Assembly (NCBI GenBank): GCA_907165135.1
Contig: OU015568.1
Coordinates: 6,262,001 to 6,326,000, forward strand
DNA: 64,000 nt
Reading direction: 5' to 3'
Source of the DNA: Oikopleura dioica
Taxonomy: Eukaryota > Animalia > Chordata
In this document: piece by piece, positions 1-11,846 of the stretch
Layout: each line of letters starts with the position of its first letter
Position numbering within the stretch: position 1 is the first letter of the stretch
Program-made: the position numbers and the translations under genes
Notes under the pieces: generated by a model
Database searches by the model: none
What the model saw: the letters and a program-made list of their open reading frames with translations, nothing else
Told to the model about the DNA's origin: nothing

Positions 1-3000
1 AAATAGGTGATAGAGATGATCTTGGCGGTTTTTCCATAGCAACCATCGGAGTCGACGCGACCTGAGAAGATTTCCTCCCCCATGCGACTTCGACCCGGAC
101 TTTTCCATCGGTTTGGAAGTAGGAACAGGCGATTTTTGTGGGACTTTCGACTTAACGATTTCGGTTAAATGTGGGAATACGTACTCGGCCTCGTAGTAAT
201 CAATCCAGCGTAAGTCGTGATTTCGTTCTGCGGCGTGAACCACGTGTTCTCGATGGATGAAATCACGTTGTCCTTTCTTATCTTCGACCATGACGACCCA
301 GTCGTTGCTCGAAACGGCTTTCAGGGGACCTACCCAGCGTTCCTTCTTGCTTTTAGCGTCGGTCAGGTTTTCTCGCTTAATGTACACGACAGCGCCAGCG
401 GGATTGGTCTCGGCTTAGGCTCGTTTTTCAGCCTGTGCTCCATGGCTCGGTCAGCAGCCTCCATCGCAGTTTTCACAATGGCTTCCGCCGATTTCGCTAA
501 AGCTCCAACATTGAGACCAAATACCTGAGGTGTTTCCGCTGTCATTTCTGCGCCAGTAGAGTGGGTGAAAGTACTTTTTCGGCCAAACCAAACTTCTCGC
601 GGTGAAATTTTCGTGCTTTTGTTTTTCACACTATTGAGCGCGCGCATCACGTGGGGAACGCAGTCGGCCCAAGTTTTTCGACCGGAAGATGAGTTGACCA
701 TGCAGAATAGACTGTTTTTGATAGTCCGATTCGCTCTTTCTGCGAAAGCGTTTGATTGAGGGTGAAATGCGGTACTTATTGTATGTTTTATCTGGTTAAG
801 CTTACACATTTCGTCAATCACGCTTGCGCAGAAGTGGGTACCTCTGTCACTGTGTAGATGTTTCGGCAAGAAATCCATGGGAAGGAAGACCTTGTAGATG
901 AGCGCTTTTGCGGCGCAGATAGCAGTGTCGGACCGTGTCGGAATGCACCAAGTGTAGCGAGAGAAAGTGTCCGCCACCACCAAATAATACTTGAATCCGC
1001 CAGCGGGAGGCATACAAGCGAAATCGATCTGAATCGATTCGCCAGCTGTTTTTCCACGACGAAGGGTTCCAAGTGGCGGTTTGGTACGAGTTCCAGCAGA
1101 TCCTTTTCTGCGTAGGCAAGGGACGCAGCTGTGGACGTAGTTAGAAACATCGTCTTGAAATGAAGGCCACCAAACGTCCTCTAATCGCTCTAAAGTCCGC
1201 GGCTCGCCCAGATGACCGGACAAGTCGTGAGCTAGAAAGAGAAAGTGACTTTTTACCGCTTCCGGTACCACCGCCCGCGCGCCAGATTTGAATTGACACA
1301 TCAAGCACCCGGTAGTGTTATCCAGGAACAGAGCTTTTTCCATCTTGAGTAGAGACGATTGTCGGTGGTCGGAGTCCTTCACCAGCGATTTTATGTCCAG
1401 TGGCTCCTTACCAGATTCCAGAAAAGTGATGATTGCACTCAGAGCAGAGTCCTCCCTTTGATAGTCCAGAATGTTATTATAATTCGCTGACACCAACGGA
1501 ATCTCCATTGGCGCCGCGATAGCCTTGACGTTTACCTTATGTATCTTCACCTCTGATAAAGTGATTTTCTCCGGAAACTGATTTTCGTTCCAGAAAGGGA
1601 CGAAGACACGTACTGGTGAATTCTTGTCGATTTCGTACTCGCGACCAACGGGAAACTCGGAGTCGTATCCAAGTGATTTGTCGTCCTCGCCAGGTCTGCG
1701 GCTCATAAAGTCGGCGAATTGATTTTCTGATCCCTTGATGTAGACAATGTGAAAATCGAATTCTTCCAATCGGCTTTGCCATCGGCTTATTTTAGAATTC
1801 TTGAACTTCTTTTGTGTAGGAAGATCAAAGATCGGTGGTCTGTGTGAATCTGAAAGAATCTACCTTTCAGGAGCTTTTCCAGTCGCTCGCAGCACCAGAC
1901 AATGCTAAACATTTCCTTTTCTGAAGTGTTCCATTTTCTTTCAGCTTTGTTGAAGGTGTGGGAAATCGCGCTTACTAGGTGCACTCTCCCGCCATACTCT
2001 TGTAGCAGGACGCCACCCGCTGCGTACAGGCTCGCGTCTGTGTAGAGATGAAAAGACTCGTCAAAGTTAGGAAAACTTATGACTGGAGTCTCGGAGAGTC
2101 GTCGTTGAATTTCCTTGAGCGCCAAATCCGCTTCTTTGGTCCACTTGAAACAATTTGTTTCGTTCGCCGAATTTCGAACATCGTTTATGGGCTTCATTCT
2201 GCTCGAGAAGCAACCGGATGAAATAGCTTCGCCCATTTTCGTTTCTAGAAAACCTCGGATCCAATTCAATGACCCGATTAATGAAGCTAACTCCTTTTGG
2301 GAGCGTGGGGTTTCATCTGACGAAGAGCGGAGACTTGCGCAGGGTCCGGTTTGATTCCATCTTCGTTGATGATTCGGCCCAAAAGTGAGCTTCGGATTGT
2401 AGGAAAGAGCACTTTTCGCCCTTGAGTTTAGCGTTAAACTTGCGGAGCGCGATGAATAGGTTTCGGAGAGTGTTATAATAGCAGCTGAAAGTCTTCCCAA
2501 AACACACTATGTCATCGATATAAGAAAGCATCTTTTTCCTGGTGGGGCTTGAGTCGAGAATTGTGTTTACGACGCGCGAGAATATATTCCCCGAGCATCG
2601 ATAACCGAATGGTAGTCTGCAGAAGGCGTAAGATTTCCCACCCCACTGGAAGGAAGTCTTGTACCTGTCGCTTTTCTTTACAGGGCACTGCCAATATCCA
2701 CTTCGTAGATCAACTGTGGCGAAAAACTTATTGCCCGGTCCAATGTTCGCGATCGTATCCTCCATGCTTGGGAGATGGTAAGGGTCGGATTTGTCGGAAA
2801 GGCATTTGTTCAGGCTGTTTTTGTAGTTGATGCAGAAGCGCATTTCCCCAGATTTCTTAGGAATAGGCAATACCGGGCTGTTAAACCCTTTCTGGTCCTT
2901 GATCTCTTCTATTATTTTCGTTTCGAGCAGTTCAGAGATGTGATCGCTGACCTGACCATGAAAAGCTTGCGGAATCGGGTGTTGACTGATGTTTCGACTC

Positions 3001-4717
3001 GTACCATCAGTCGGGATTTCGATCTCGAACGGGAATTCACCCATTTTTTGACCGTCGCAGCCGAATCTGTCGTCGAATTCCAAACACAGCTCGGCGACCA
3101 TCTTCTTTTGCCCCGGGTCTGCGTCTGCTGGTAGGGTAATTCCGAGTTTTTGCTTCGCTAGCTGAATGGGGCACCTGACTGCGTTCTTGTTCGGTGCGTC
3201 CAGCTTTGGGACTTCTCGTGGTGGTTGAGTGCGGGACCGATCGCTGTCTTTGACCGTTGATCTAGTCGTCAAGTATTTCTTGATTTCGGTCCGCTTCACT
3301 TCGTCCAGCTTCACCACTTGAGTCTCAGTTTGTGTGAAGGCTTCGTTGTAGCAAAATGAGAGAGTACGATTCTTGTTGTCGACTGTGAAGCTGTCCGTCA
3401 TCGCATTCTCTAGTATATCGCGGCCCAGTAGACTTGGATATTTACTGCCTGGCATGATGGTGAGATTCAAGGAGAATGCAGGGCCACCATTGAATGATAA
3501 GCGGCAGGGAAGGATACCCATCGGCTGCTCGGCGGGGATATTTGGGCTGAAACCGGTAACCTTGAAGGGGCAGGGCTTCAGCATCTGGAGAAATTCGTCG
3601 GGAACGTAAGCAGCGGACAGACAGGAGGACTCGGCTCCGCTGTCGACTTCCATCGATACGTCAAAACTTTTAGAGCCCGTAAAGATGGTAGCCGAAGCGA
3701 AATAAGCCTTTCCTGGTCGCTTCTTCTTCACTGTGTAAAAGTGAACGTCGAATGGTTGGAAATCTTCGACGTTCTTAGTCGTATTTATCTTCTTGGGTTC
3801 TGGTTGTTTATCGTCTTTCCCATCCTTAGAATCGGTGCTGGCGCGCTTAGCATTCTTCTTCTTTTGTTCTTATTTCTGTTGAAGTGCTGAGAGACGGTCG
3901 CGTTGTCAACTCGATTCTGTCTTGTAGATTGGGCGAGACGGCAGAGTTCGTTGATATCGTAAACTTTTGAGAGGCTTGGAAGGATTGCGTTGAAAACGTC
4001 TGGTTCTTCTTTCCTAAGGTTCAAGTACAACATCATCGTCGAGAATATGTCGAATATTTCATCGACCCCGGCGTCGGCTGACTTCTCTTGTCGGAAGGAG
4101 TTCAGAGTCGCTTGCTTCGCCTCGTTCATTTTTTGCAGGACGTTGGCGGTGTAGTGTGCAAACGGCTTCGAATGGTCGTATTCGACGTCGAAAACTTCGC
4201 TTAGCTTCAGTAAGTAGTGACTCTTCGCGGCGAATGATTTCTCTAGCAGCGCCTTGGCCGATTTCCAGTCTTGACAATTCAGAAATTCGGTTCCAAGTGA
4301 GCGTTCGATGTTCAAGTCGAAGTGGCTGTACACTGCTGCGATGAAAGGCTGTTCACGTGAAGGTCTGTCGCGGACGTAGGCGCGGTGATAAATGTCGGCT
4401 CTGCCCAAGAAGGTGTTGAAAGATGTGTTGCATGCGGCGTCCAGCTTTGGCAAGTCTTGGACGTGACGAGACCAGGTAGTGGCCACCCATGCTTCTTCTC
4501 TCATTGTCGCACTCGTAGAGTCTTTTCCTTGATCAAGCTCGCAGGTAAGAAGCGTTGTACTGAGCTGTTCTAATTTTACTCTGCTTTCTGTGATCAAGGG
4601 CTCTAGGCTTGGCTTTAGTGATTCGTCATTTCGCACTTGTTCCTCGAGGTAGTTTACTCGATCGTTTATGCTTCTTATTTCGGTGACGGTTTCTAGCAGT
4701 GATTTGTTCGCCGCCAT
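1..4717 (-). CDS. gag-pol polyprotein of copy 1, broken into ORFs 3785-4717, 2313-3731, 1787-2500 and 363-1769 by five apparent 1-bp deletions
   Basis: Motifs VDSGAES (protease), SYIDD (RT), LYTDAS (RNase H), HDLSGH...CVPC and the D-D-E triad (integrase). Each break is a 1-nt-shorter homopolymer relative to copy 2. Confidence 0.9.
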
Positions 4718-5222
4718 AGCTCGAAATATATCGGCAGTAAGGGTTAATGGGCCTTGGATTACCTTTCAGGCCCTCAGAAAATACTGCGACTAAAAGTCGC
4801 AATATGATGAGCTGAGGTGCCTTTTGCGCAAACGCCCGACGATTTCTCTGTCCAGCGATTGTCGAAATTTCCAGGTCTGGTCCAAGGGTCGATTTTTCGT
4901 AAACTTCTCTCGATTTTTGGTGAAAAGTGGCGAAAGAATTATGTTTTTCTGAGTATTTTAGGTTTTCCCCGGCGTGCGTGCGTGGTTGCGTGGGCGCGAC
5001 TTTGGGCGCGTGGGTCGTGGTGGCGCTCGTGCGGTGGCGCTCGCTCGGGGTGGTGTTGGTGTGGTGCGGCGCGGAAAATTCTCTGAGTGGAGTTTCTCCG
5101 GCGGCGCGGTGGCGGTTGGTGATTCGGTTCCCCTCGACTCCGCTGACGGCCAATCAGCGTCCAAGTTGCGAAACTTCGGTTGTCGATGGCGGAAAAATTT
5201 ATCTTTTCTCCAACGGGACTAC

Positions 5223-5232
5223 TCTGACACCA
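5223..5232 (-). promoter_or_regulatory. Primer-binding site (tRNA-Leu), copy 1
   Basis: TGGTGTCAGA lies 1 nt after the LTR end. It equals the first 10 nt of the tRNA-Leu PBS TGGTGTCAGAAGTGGGAT. Confidence 0.8.
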
Positions 5233-5233
5233 C

Positions 5234-5489
5234 TGAAGGGATCCTAGCTTCTGCTGAATCTCCCACTTCTAGCGTAGTTTGCCTGCTCTCTATATCTGGA
5301 CGAAGGAAGAAAACGAGTAAAGTATCTTTGACGTCTGTATTTCGAGCTGGAGTAAAATAGAGGTTAATTCACGAACTGCGAGAATTACCGAATGAAGAGA
5401 AATACACGGCGGCGACCGAGCAAAGCTCGATCTAGATAAGCAAGTGACCTTAGGGGACGAGGGAGTCTAACGAATCTAAGATCCCAATA
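5234..5489 (-). repeat. 5' LTR of copy 1 (256 bp, TATTGGGATC...GATCCCTTCA)
   Basis: Matches 15551-15805 and the reverse complement of 22056-22311, with imperfect inverted termini. Confidence 0.93.
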
Positions 5490-6419
5490 TGATCGTAAAG
5501 TGACAGTAATCACAGTCGAGTACAGAAGAACTCCGGAAGTCGAATACCCCACTCCCTTTGATGATTGCTACGATGCAGTCGAATACACGATCAAAAACGC
5601 AAAAGAACTCAACATCGACGCGTCGAAAATTGTTCTCACTGGCGATTCTGCTGGTGGCCACCTGACGCTGACTGTAGGAATGCATCTGGCGGCGGAGGGA
5701 AGGAAAATTGCGGGGTTGGTTCCAATGTATCCGATGACTCAAATTGTCACGGGAAATCTGCCGAGCTACACGTGAGTGATTTAAATAACCCGTGATTATT
5801 GATTGCTCTTGATTTGGTAGAACTGGAGAAGAAGGCGGACTCATTACTGCGCAAGGTTGGGCCTGGGCTGCTGCTCTTGCTCTTTGCGGAAGAGACGGGT
5901 ACGAGACGATTATGAATAAACTCCGGGTAGGTCCTTTTTATTCTTCCTCCTCCTTATTCGTCTTAGACTCGTGAAACCTACCACGCAGTCAAACAAGCGC
6001 ACCCAAAACTCATCGCTGAAAGATTCGGCGAGTTCGACAAGACCATTCCTTCATTTGAAAATCCTCAAGTGGATGAAACTATCATCGCGAAAATGATCGA
6101 CGCGAAGGGTTCTCCACTTTTGGCCCCGGAGAGTTTTTCAAAGCCATGCCAAGGACTCATATTTTCGCTGCGGAACATGATGTGCTTTATGATGATCAAG
6201 TCGCGTTTACAAAAGTGGCGAAAATGTTCGGATCGGACATTCAGGTAAGTTAGAAATCAAAGAAAAGACTGTAAAGAACGCTTTTAGATGACAACTTGGA
6301 GAGGCGCTTTTCACATCGAGCAGTCCTTCTCAAAGTTGTGGAGCGGAAAGAGCATCATGAAGTCTTGCGACGAAAATATTCGACTGTATGTCGACGCCAT
6401 CACTGCTTTCCACAAATAA
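5490..6419 (+). pseudogene. 3' half of an HSL/AADAC-family alpha/beta-hydrolase esterase, interrupted by retrotransposon copy 1
   Basis: Motifs VEYRRTPE, GDSAGG (nucleophile), SPLLA, EHDVLYDD and GAFH across four exons. The reading frame starts at the LTR edge and there is a 1-bp frameshift near 6130. Confidence 0.8.
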
Positions 6420-8992
6420 ATCGAGGCTGACTCCATGATCTCACGGACTTATAAAGATGCAACATCGTAACTGGCAGACGGTCTCCCAAAGTTGTGTGGA
6501 AAGTGTGATCAAAAATCTTGAACCGGAAGGTCTCGCACACATTGAGTCGATGGAATTCATGATTTTGTTCATCTTGCTCAACTTTCCATGATGGAGATCA
6601 TTTAGAAGCCTTTTTAGCCACCATTTTCGCCTTAAGCGCGAGGATAAGTCGCTAATAATCATAACTCTGGTGAATTCGATCGATAGTTGTTATGAAATCT
6701 GAGGGCTAATTTATGAATCATGGAGTTTGATTCAAAACAAGAAAGGCTGAAAGCTTCTCAATGATTATATTCAAATCTTCTTTCTATACATCTGTTAGGA
6801 GATATGTCACATATGCACAGAAGGAATCTCAAAAGTAGCAACTTTCTTTTGTTTCAAGAAAAGAATTTTTCATAGTTATCCTGAGGGGGAGATATTTGAA
6901 TTATGATCATCTCTCCCGTCTGAAATTCGAGATAATTATAATAACTTACAGACGGAAAGTGCTGCCTGCCGGGAGAATGATGATATAGTCGGCGAAAGAA
7001 ATAAATTATGATTACCAATCATTACATGTATGTTTATAAGATTCGTATCCGATCGAAAAGTTTGAGGCAAAAAAGTTGAGCTTTTACTTCAATTGATTCT
7101 TGATCTATGATAACATTCTTCGTAATAGAATTTAATTTAACGTCAAAGAAAGTCGAGACATCTTCTGAATTCCATTAGAGTTGCCATTTGTAGTGTGGAA
7201 AATAATTACAATTTTATATATCATATTGAGATACATACTGAATGTTACATAGAGAGCTTAAATTCCCTGAATTCAAAGCATCTCCCGTTCCCGTGCTAAT
7301 TCAGCTGCTTATCTGAATTCCAAATTTCATGGCTCCTTGCCGAAAGTTTTCCAGTGCGTTTAATGATGGTGGAAGAAGGTAGAGATATTTGATTCAGCTG
7401 GCTTCAGAAATGAATTAATTTGTTGTATTTTTGACACGCAGACAAGCTCATTTCACTCTACCGAATCTCCTCGGCTGCCAATTCAATCAAGTGCATTACA
7501 CGAAGACGGCCCAAAAGGGGATTAAATTCTCCTCATCTGGCTCACATGATCGGTCAAAGACCGAAAGCACATCACAAAAGAAATGAGCATTACCAAAAAT
7601 ATTTAATGATTTGCGATATTTACAGAATAGAAAGGAGCCTTTCCGATGCTTTAAATTTATATTAAGCTTCATTAGTTTCCAAGAGGCAGATTATGAGCGC
7701 AGATGTATCTGTTTCCGGGTCAGTTTTATTTTCAGCGGATGTGAAGAATTGAAAGCGCTGATCGTATACCAGTAATAACAATATACCGAGTATTTCAGAA
7801 TCAAAACCCGAGAAGCGCCGTCACTAAGGCACTGTAAGGTAACTGTAATATTATTACTGCTATACGAGCATTTACGATAGAAAAAGATGATATGAAAGAA
7901 GAAAATAATGACGTCTTCTTTTTCTTCCTTAGTCGGCTTCTCCTTGATAAAAATTCTTGACTTTGAGCCTCTCAATATTGTTTATGCCAGAATAAACGTA
8001 AAAACTACGTCAAAGTGAAGAGAACTGCTAGTCGCACTTTCGAATTCCATTGACATTGTGGAAGAAGATGGAAGATCCTGTTTCGTACGTGATCCATATC
8101 ATATTAATATCGAATCCAAGGGCGACTTATTAAGGAAGATGAATAAGGGTTTTCTAACCAGCCGAGCTCTTAATCCTGATTAAAAGTAAGAGGACTGTCG
8201 GTCAAATGACGCCAATATTAAAGACAATTAGCATTTCAATTTAAAAATATAACAAGCACGTAACCTTTTGCGATCCTTACCCAATATTGACGCAAGTTCC
8301 ATTGGGTGCCACAAATGGTCCATTATCATATTATCTTCATTTAGCTGAGAGCCTCACATGCTTCAAGAATACGGAAGCGGATCCTGCAAGCAAAAATCAA
8401 CATTATTTATTCTGATTTGATTCGTTTTCCAATGCCCTGCTTAATAAAATTTCGTGCAGATGTGTTTTTCAGGAGGACTGGATGAAGAATTCTTTCAGGC
8501 GGATGTAGTCAGTCGATATACCTAGAACTGAAACTGGGTTAAGAATCCATATTAATATGATACTGTATAATATAATATTATTAATTTATCTGACTAATAG
8601 ATTAATATTTTATTCAATAATTATTATAATATTTAATATTATAGTAATATTATAATTATATTATTACATATTAATTATATGGTTAATAATCCATATTATG
8701 ACACTGTATAATATGATATTATACAGTAAGTCTTCATAAAAAATATTTTGGATGCAATAAGAAGAAAATCTCTTTAAAACCTGCATAAATCTTAGGAGAT
8801 TTCTATTCAAGCCGAAGAGCTTGACAGTATGTTGGCGACTGCGGCCTCTAATTACAGTAATACAACAATCGAGGCTTCCAAAAGCTCAATCAGAGACAAA
8901 AAGAATTCGGTCGTAAGAATAATTTTTATTATCATTCAAATTATAAAAATATTTATAAGAAAATGTACAGGTGATCTTTACAGTTACAGCAT

Positions 8993-9223
8993 TTAAAACA
9001 GTCTGTCCACAGAGAAATGAGATAGTTCGTTGCAAAAGCAATGTCTTCTGATTTGATAGCAGACTCGTTCGTTGATGATTCCATAACTTAAATGAGAAGC
9101 GATCATTGTATCGCATTTGGCGCAAATTTTCATCGAGCAGAATTTCGGAAGCTGTCTGCTGTGAGGAAGGGAGGCGGCTTTGACTGTGCTGAGAACGACG
9201 AGGAAGGCGGTGAAAAGCTTCAT
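8993..9223 (-). CDS. Small secreted 6-Cys peptide (76 aa)
   Basis: Signal-like MKLFTAFLVVLSTVKA, then C-x4-C-x2-C...C-x6-C-x-C. Single exon. Confidence 0.6.
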   Translation of the reverse strand: MKLFTAFLVVLSTVKAASLPHSRQLPKFCSMKICAKCDTMIASHLSYGIINERVCYQIRRHCFCNELSHFSVDRLF

Positions 9224-9849
9224 TTCTGTGTTTTTTTGGCAAATATCTTTTGTAAGAGTAATCAAGCAAGAAAAGCATTACGCTCGTTTTTATACTGGCC
9301 ACAGATGGCGCCCGCGCTGAGGGACAGAATGTGGACGACCCACTGGAGCGCTCTCTCTGTGTCGAAACTACTGTGTGCGGTGGTAATGAAGACAGAAACA
9401 TACGCGTTCATGTTGAAATTTTAATTAATCAAATTGGCGCGCTGGAATAAATTTGAAATCGGTGTCAAAGATGAATCAAAGCCGTTTATGAATGGACAGC
9501 ATCGAGCCTGTAGATAGAACAACGAATTTGTGCTACCTCAACCTTGGGAGTACAGTTCTAATAGTACCGGTACAGTATATTTTCACAAGAACAAAAGACT
9601 GGTCATTTTAAATTCTTGACTATTATCAAAGCTCATTTCACAAGTCCACTTCTACCGAGTCCTCTGTTGAATATAAGATACTGTGCCTTAGATACATCTA
9701 ATACGGTCATCAATAGTTAATTAAACAGTCATTAACGAAGATGCCTTGACCCTGTTCTTCGCCTTGAAGGATGATCTCCTGCAAAGCCGCGAAGGATAAG
9801 TGAGTCACATTTGAACGAGAAGATTAGAGATTAGAATCGTCAGATTAGA

Positions 9850-10534
9850 AAAAGAATCCGAAGAATGGAGATGGGCTTGTCTCTCCGCCTTGAAATGCCA
9901 ATTTTCATCTCTCGTTACATCTCCTAATATAGAACACACGGAAGAAGCGCGCGGAAATGTGCCGGAATCGGAAGCATTCTCAGCTACGCGCCCTGAGTCA
10001 TCAAAAAGGAAAACTTGATTTAAAAATTCTCGATTTCTTTATAAATAGGTAGCTAAGCTTGATGATCAATTCCAAAAAAGGGAACAGAAGATGAACGCTC
10101 GAAAAGAGCATGTGCGCCGGCTGAATAGGTACTAATGAACCAGAGCTTCCCTAAATTGTCGACTAGTAGAAAAGTACTGATAGAGAATTTTTAATTCATA
10201 AGTACTTCTTCAGAAAGTCTTAAAAACACTTGTCGTCAATTTAAGGAAGGGCTCTCTGCTACGTGTCTTGTTACTGTAATGACACGGACAAATACTGTAT
10301 CTAGTGAGCTAGAAGAGACCAAAGATGTACTATCAAAATGTGTTCTTGGGGCTGTCAAAGCACGTCAGAATTTGCTCATAGGTCTGGCAAAAGACAATGA
10401 TTACGGTGATCATGATGAGTTTAATAGGATTGGACAGTACGGCGGAAAATATGGCGAGAAGTGCCCACCAATTCGAGGAAATATCAAGAGACGTCATGGA
10501 CGAACAGAAAGTCAAGGACAGGCTGTATATTTAG
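9850..10534 (+). CDS. Multi-exon gene ending in a TM-less R-SNARE-like motif (tomosyn/amisyn-like C-terminus); 5' end uncertain
   Basis: Removing a 46-bp GT-AG intron (10381-10426) gives ELEETKDVLSKCVLGAVKARQNLLIGLDSTAENMARSAHQFEEISRDV, which aligns by eye with the synaptobrevin motif [24 protein letters not shown]. Confidence 0.45.
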
Positions 10535-11127
10535 TATGAACTTCATACTGTTCTTGCTCATGATTTTCTCTCTTCCATGATTTCAAAATTTCCGAGGCCC
10601 TCGCCAAAGGCTTCCTGCTTTCCTCCCCTCACTGCCTTTTTGATTTCCGTAAGAAAAAATCCTTGTTGACACGATTTTTCACGAATTCAGACAAGTCGAT
10701 TCGTTTCGGAAAAACTCTCCAATTGTCGGAAACGCAATCGTACGACGTCCTCAAATCACATTTTGGATGATGGCTCAGAAGATGAGGAAGGACTAAGAGT
10801 GCGCTCAGCTTCTCGATCGAGCGAGCTTGTTGCATTGCGAGCTTATTTTAGCCTTAAAGAGATTTGAACAGAAGTAGCTTTCTTTTTTGAACTTCCTTGT
10901 TACAATATCTTTTGCTTGAATATTCATTGCCGAGCGCACTTACAAGATATCGAAGCGATGGTCAACGAGATCCGCCAAAACGAAGTTGTCGTTCGCGTTT
11001 AAAAATTTACTCTGCTTCCATTCAAAGTCAATTAACAACTCAATACACATCAGAGATCAACTTGCAGACTAGTTTTTATTCTCAAAGTGTCTCGTGAGTA
11101 AAACATTTCCACCTCATTTTGTTGTTT

Positions 11128-11774
11128 TAAATCCTTGTTGTAGCTGGACGTGAAGTTCCTCGGGTCGTAGCGAAGGGATTTTCTATGACGGATTTAGGAG
11201 CTGGTCGATTGAGGAATGAATGCGAGGCGATGGAAGATCCAAGACTATTTGGCCGTTCATTTTTTGTGAAGAAGGGGGAGCGCCCTGTGTTGGGCCTTGG
11301 GGAGTCCCGAGGATGTAGCCCTCCCCTCTTCGGTTAGTCTAAGGGTCAAGGAGAGCTCTTAGGATTTACCCCCTTCTGCCTGGACAATTTTAGCCAATGC
11401 TAATTGAAATTTTGTGAACGGTTCCTGATACTAGAATTACGTCTTCTCCTTGAATTTCCGCTACGTGACCGTCGGATCAAAATGAAACCGCTGTGTGGAA
11501 TTGAATATTTTCCCAATAAATTTACCGCATTGCGCGAAAGAAATGTATTATGTATAAAATTCTATATAATCAAAAGCGGGGAATTCTCCAATTCTTTCCT
11601 GAGAAGGAGAATCAGCGCGGAAGTGATTCCGATTAGGACATAGGCGATATTCTCCTGGATTCCTTCGTCGCTGTGGCTTTCGTCTGTAGACAAGTCGACA
11701 ATGAGGAAATAGATGACAACAAGGAAGGAAATCAAAGAAATGAGAATTCCGAAATAAGCGGCGGCGATTTCCAC
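11128..11774 (-). CDS. Small protein with two hydrophobic (TM) segments and an S/T/P-rich tail; may be the 3' part of the next gene
   Basis: ORF 11562-11774 has two ~20-aa hydrophobic runs. A downstream exon-like frame near 11130-11270. Confidence 0.35.
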
Positions 11775-11846
11775 TTTTCTTCGTCGGAAATTTCTATAAA
11801 TCGCAGTTCCCTTTATTCGGCTTTAAATCTTTTGCGTCAGCGAAAA

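Larger units (their letters stand above)
1..5489 (-). mobile_element. Ty3/Gypsy LTR retrotransposon, copy 1 (3' end outside window), env-less; probably of the Oikopleura Tor group
   Basis: Near-identical to 16543-21826. Gag, protease, RT, RNase H, integrase order; 5' LTR at 5234-5489; PBS at 5223-5232. Confidence 0.95.

Noticed and set aside
3731-3870. Possible programmed gag/pol frameshift in copy 1
   Set aside because: Copy 2 reads through in one frame. The difference is a single T in a homopolymer.
6420-8880. Possible genes or transposon relics in the AT-rich interval, including the near-pure AT tract 8540-8730
   Set aside because: Only short frames without recognisable motifs or consistent splice phases. 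The AT tract is low complexity.
9297-9313. CTCF-like GGCCACAGATGGCGC upstream of the 6-Cys peptide
   Set aside because: One base short in the core spacing, and such GC motifs arise by chance.
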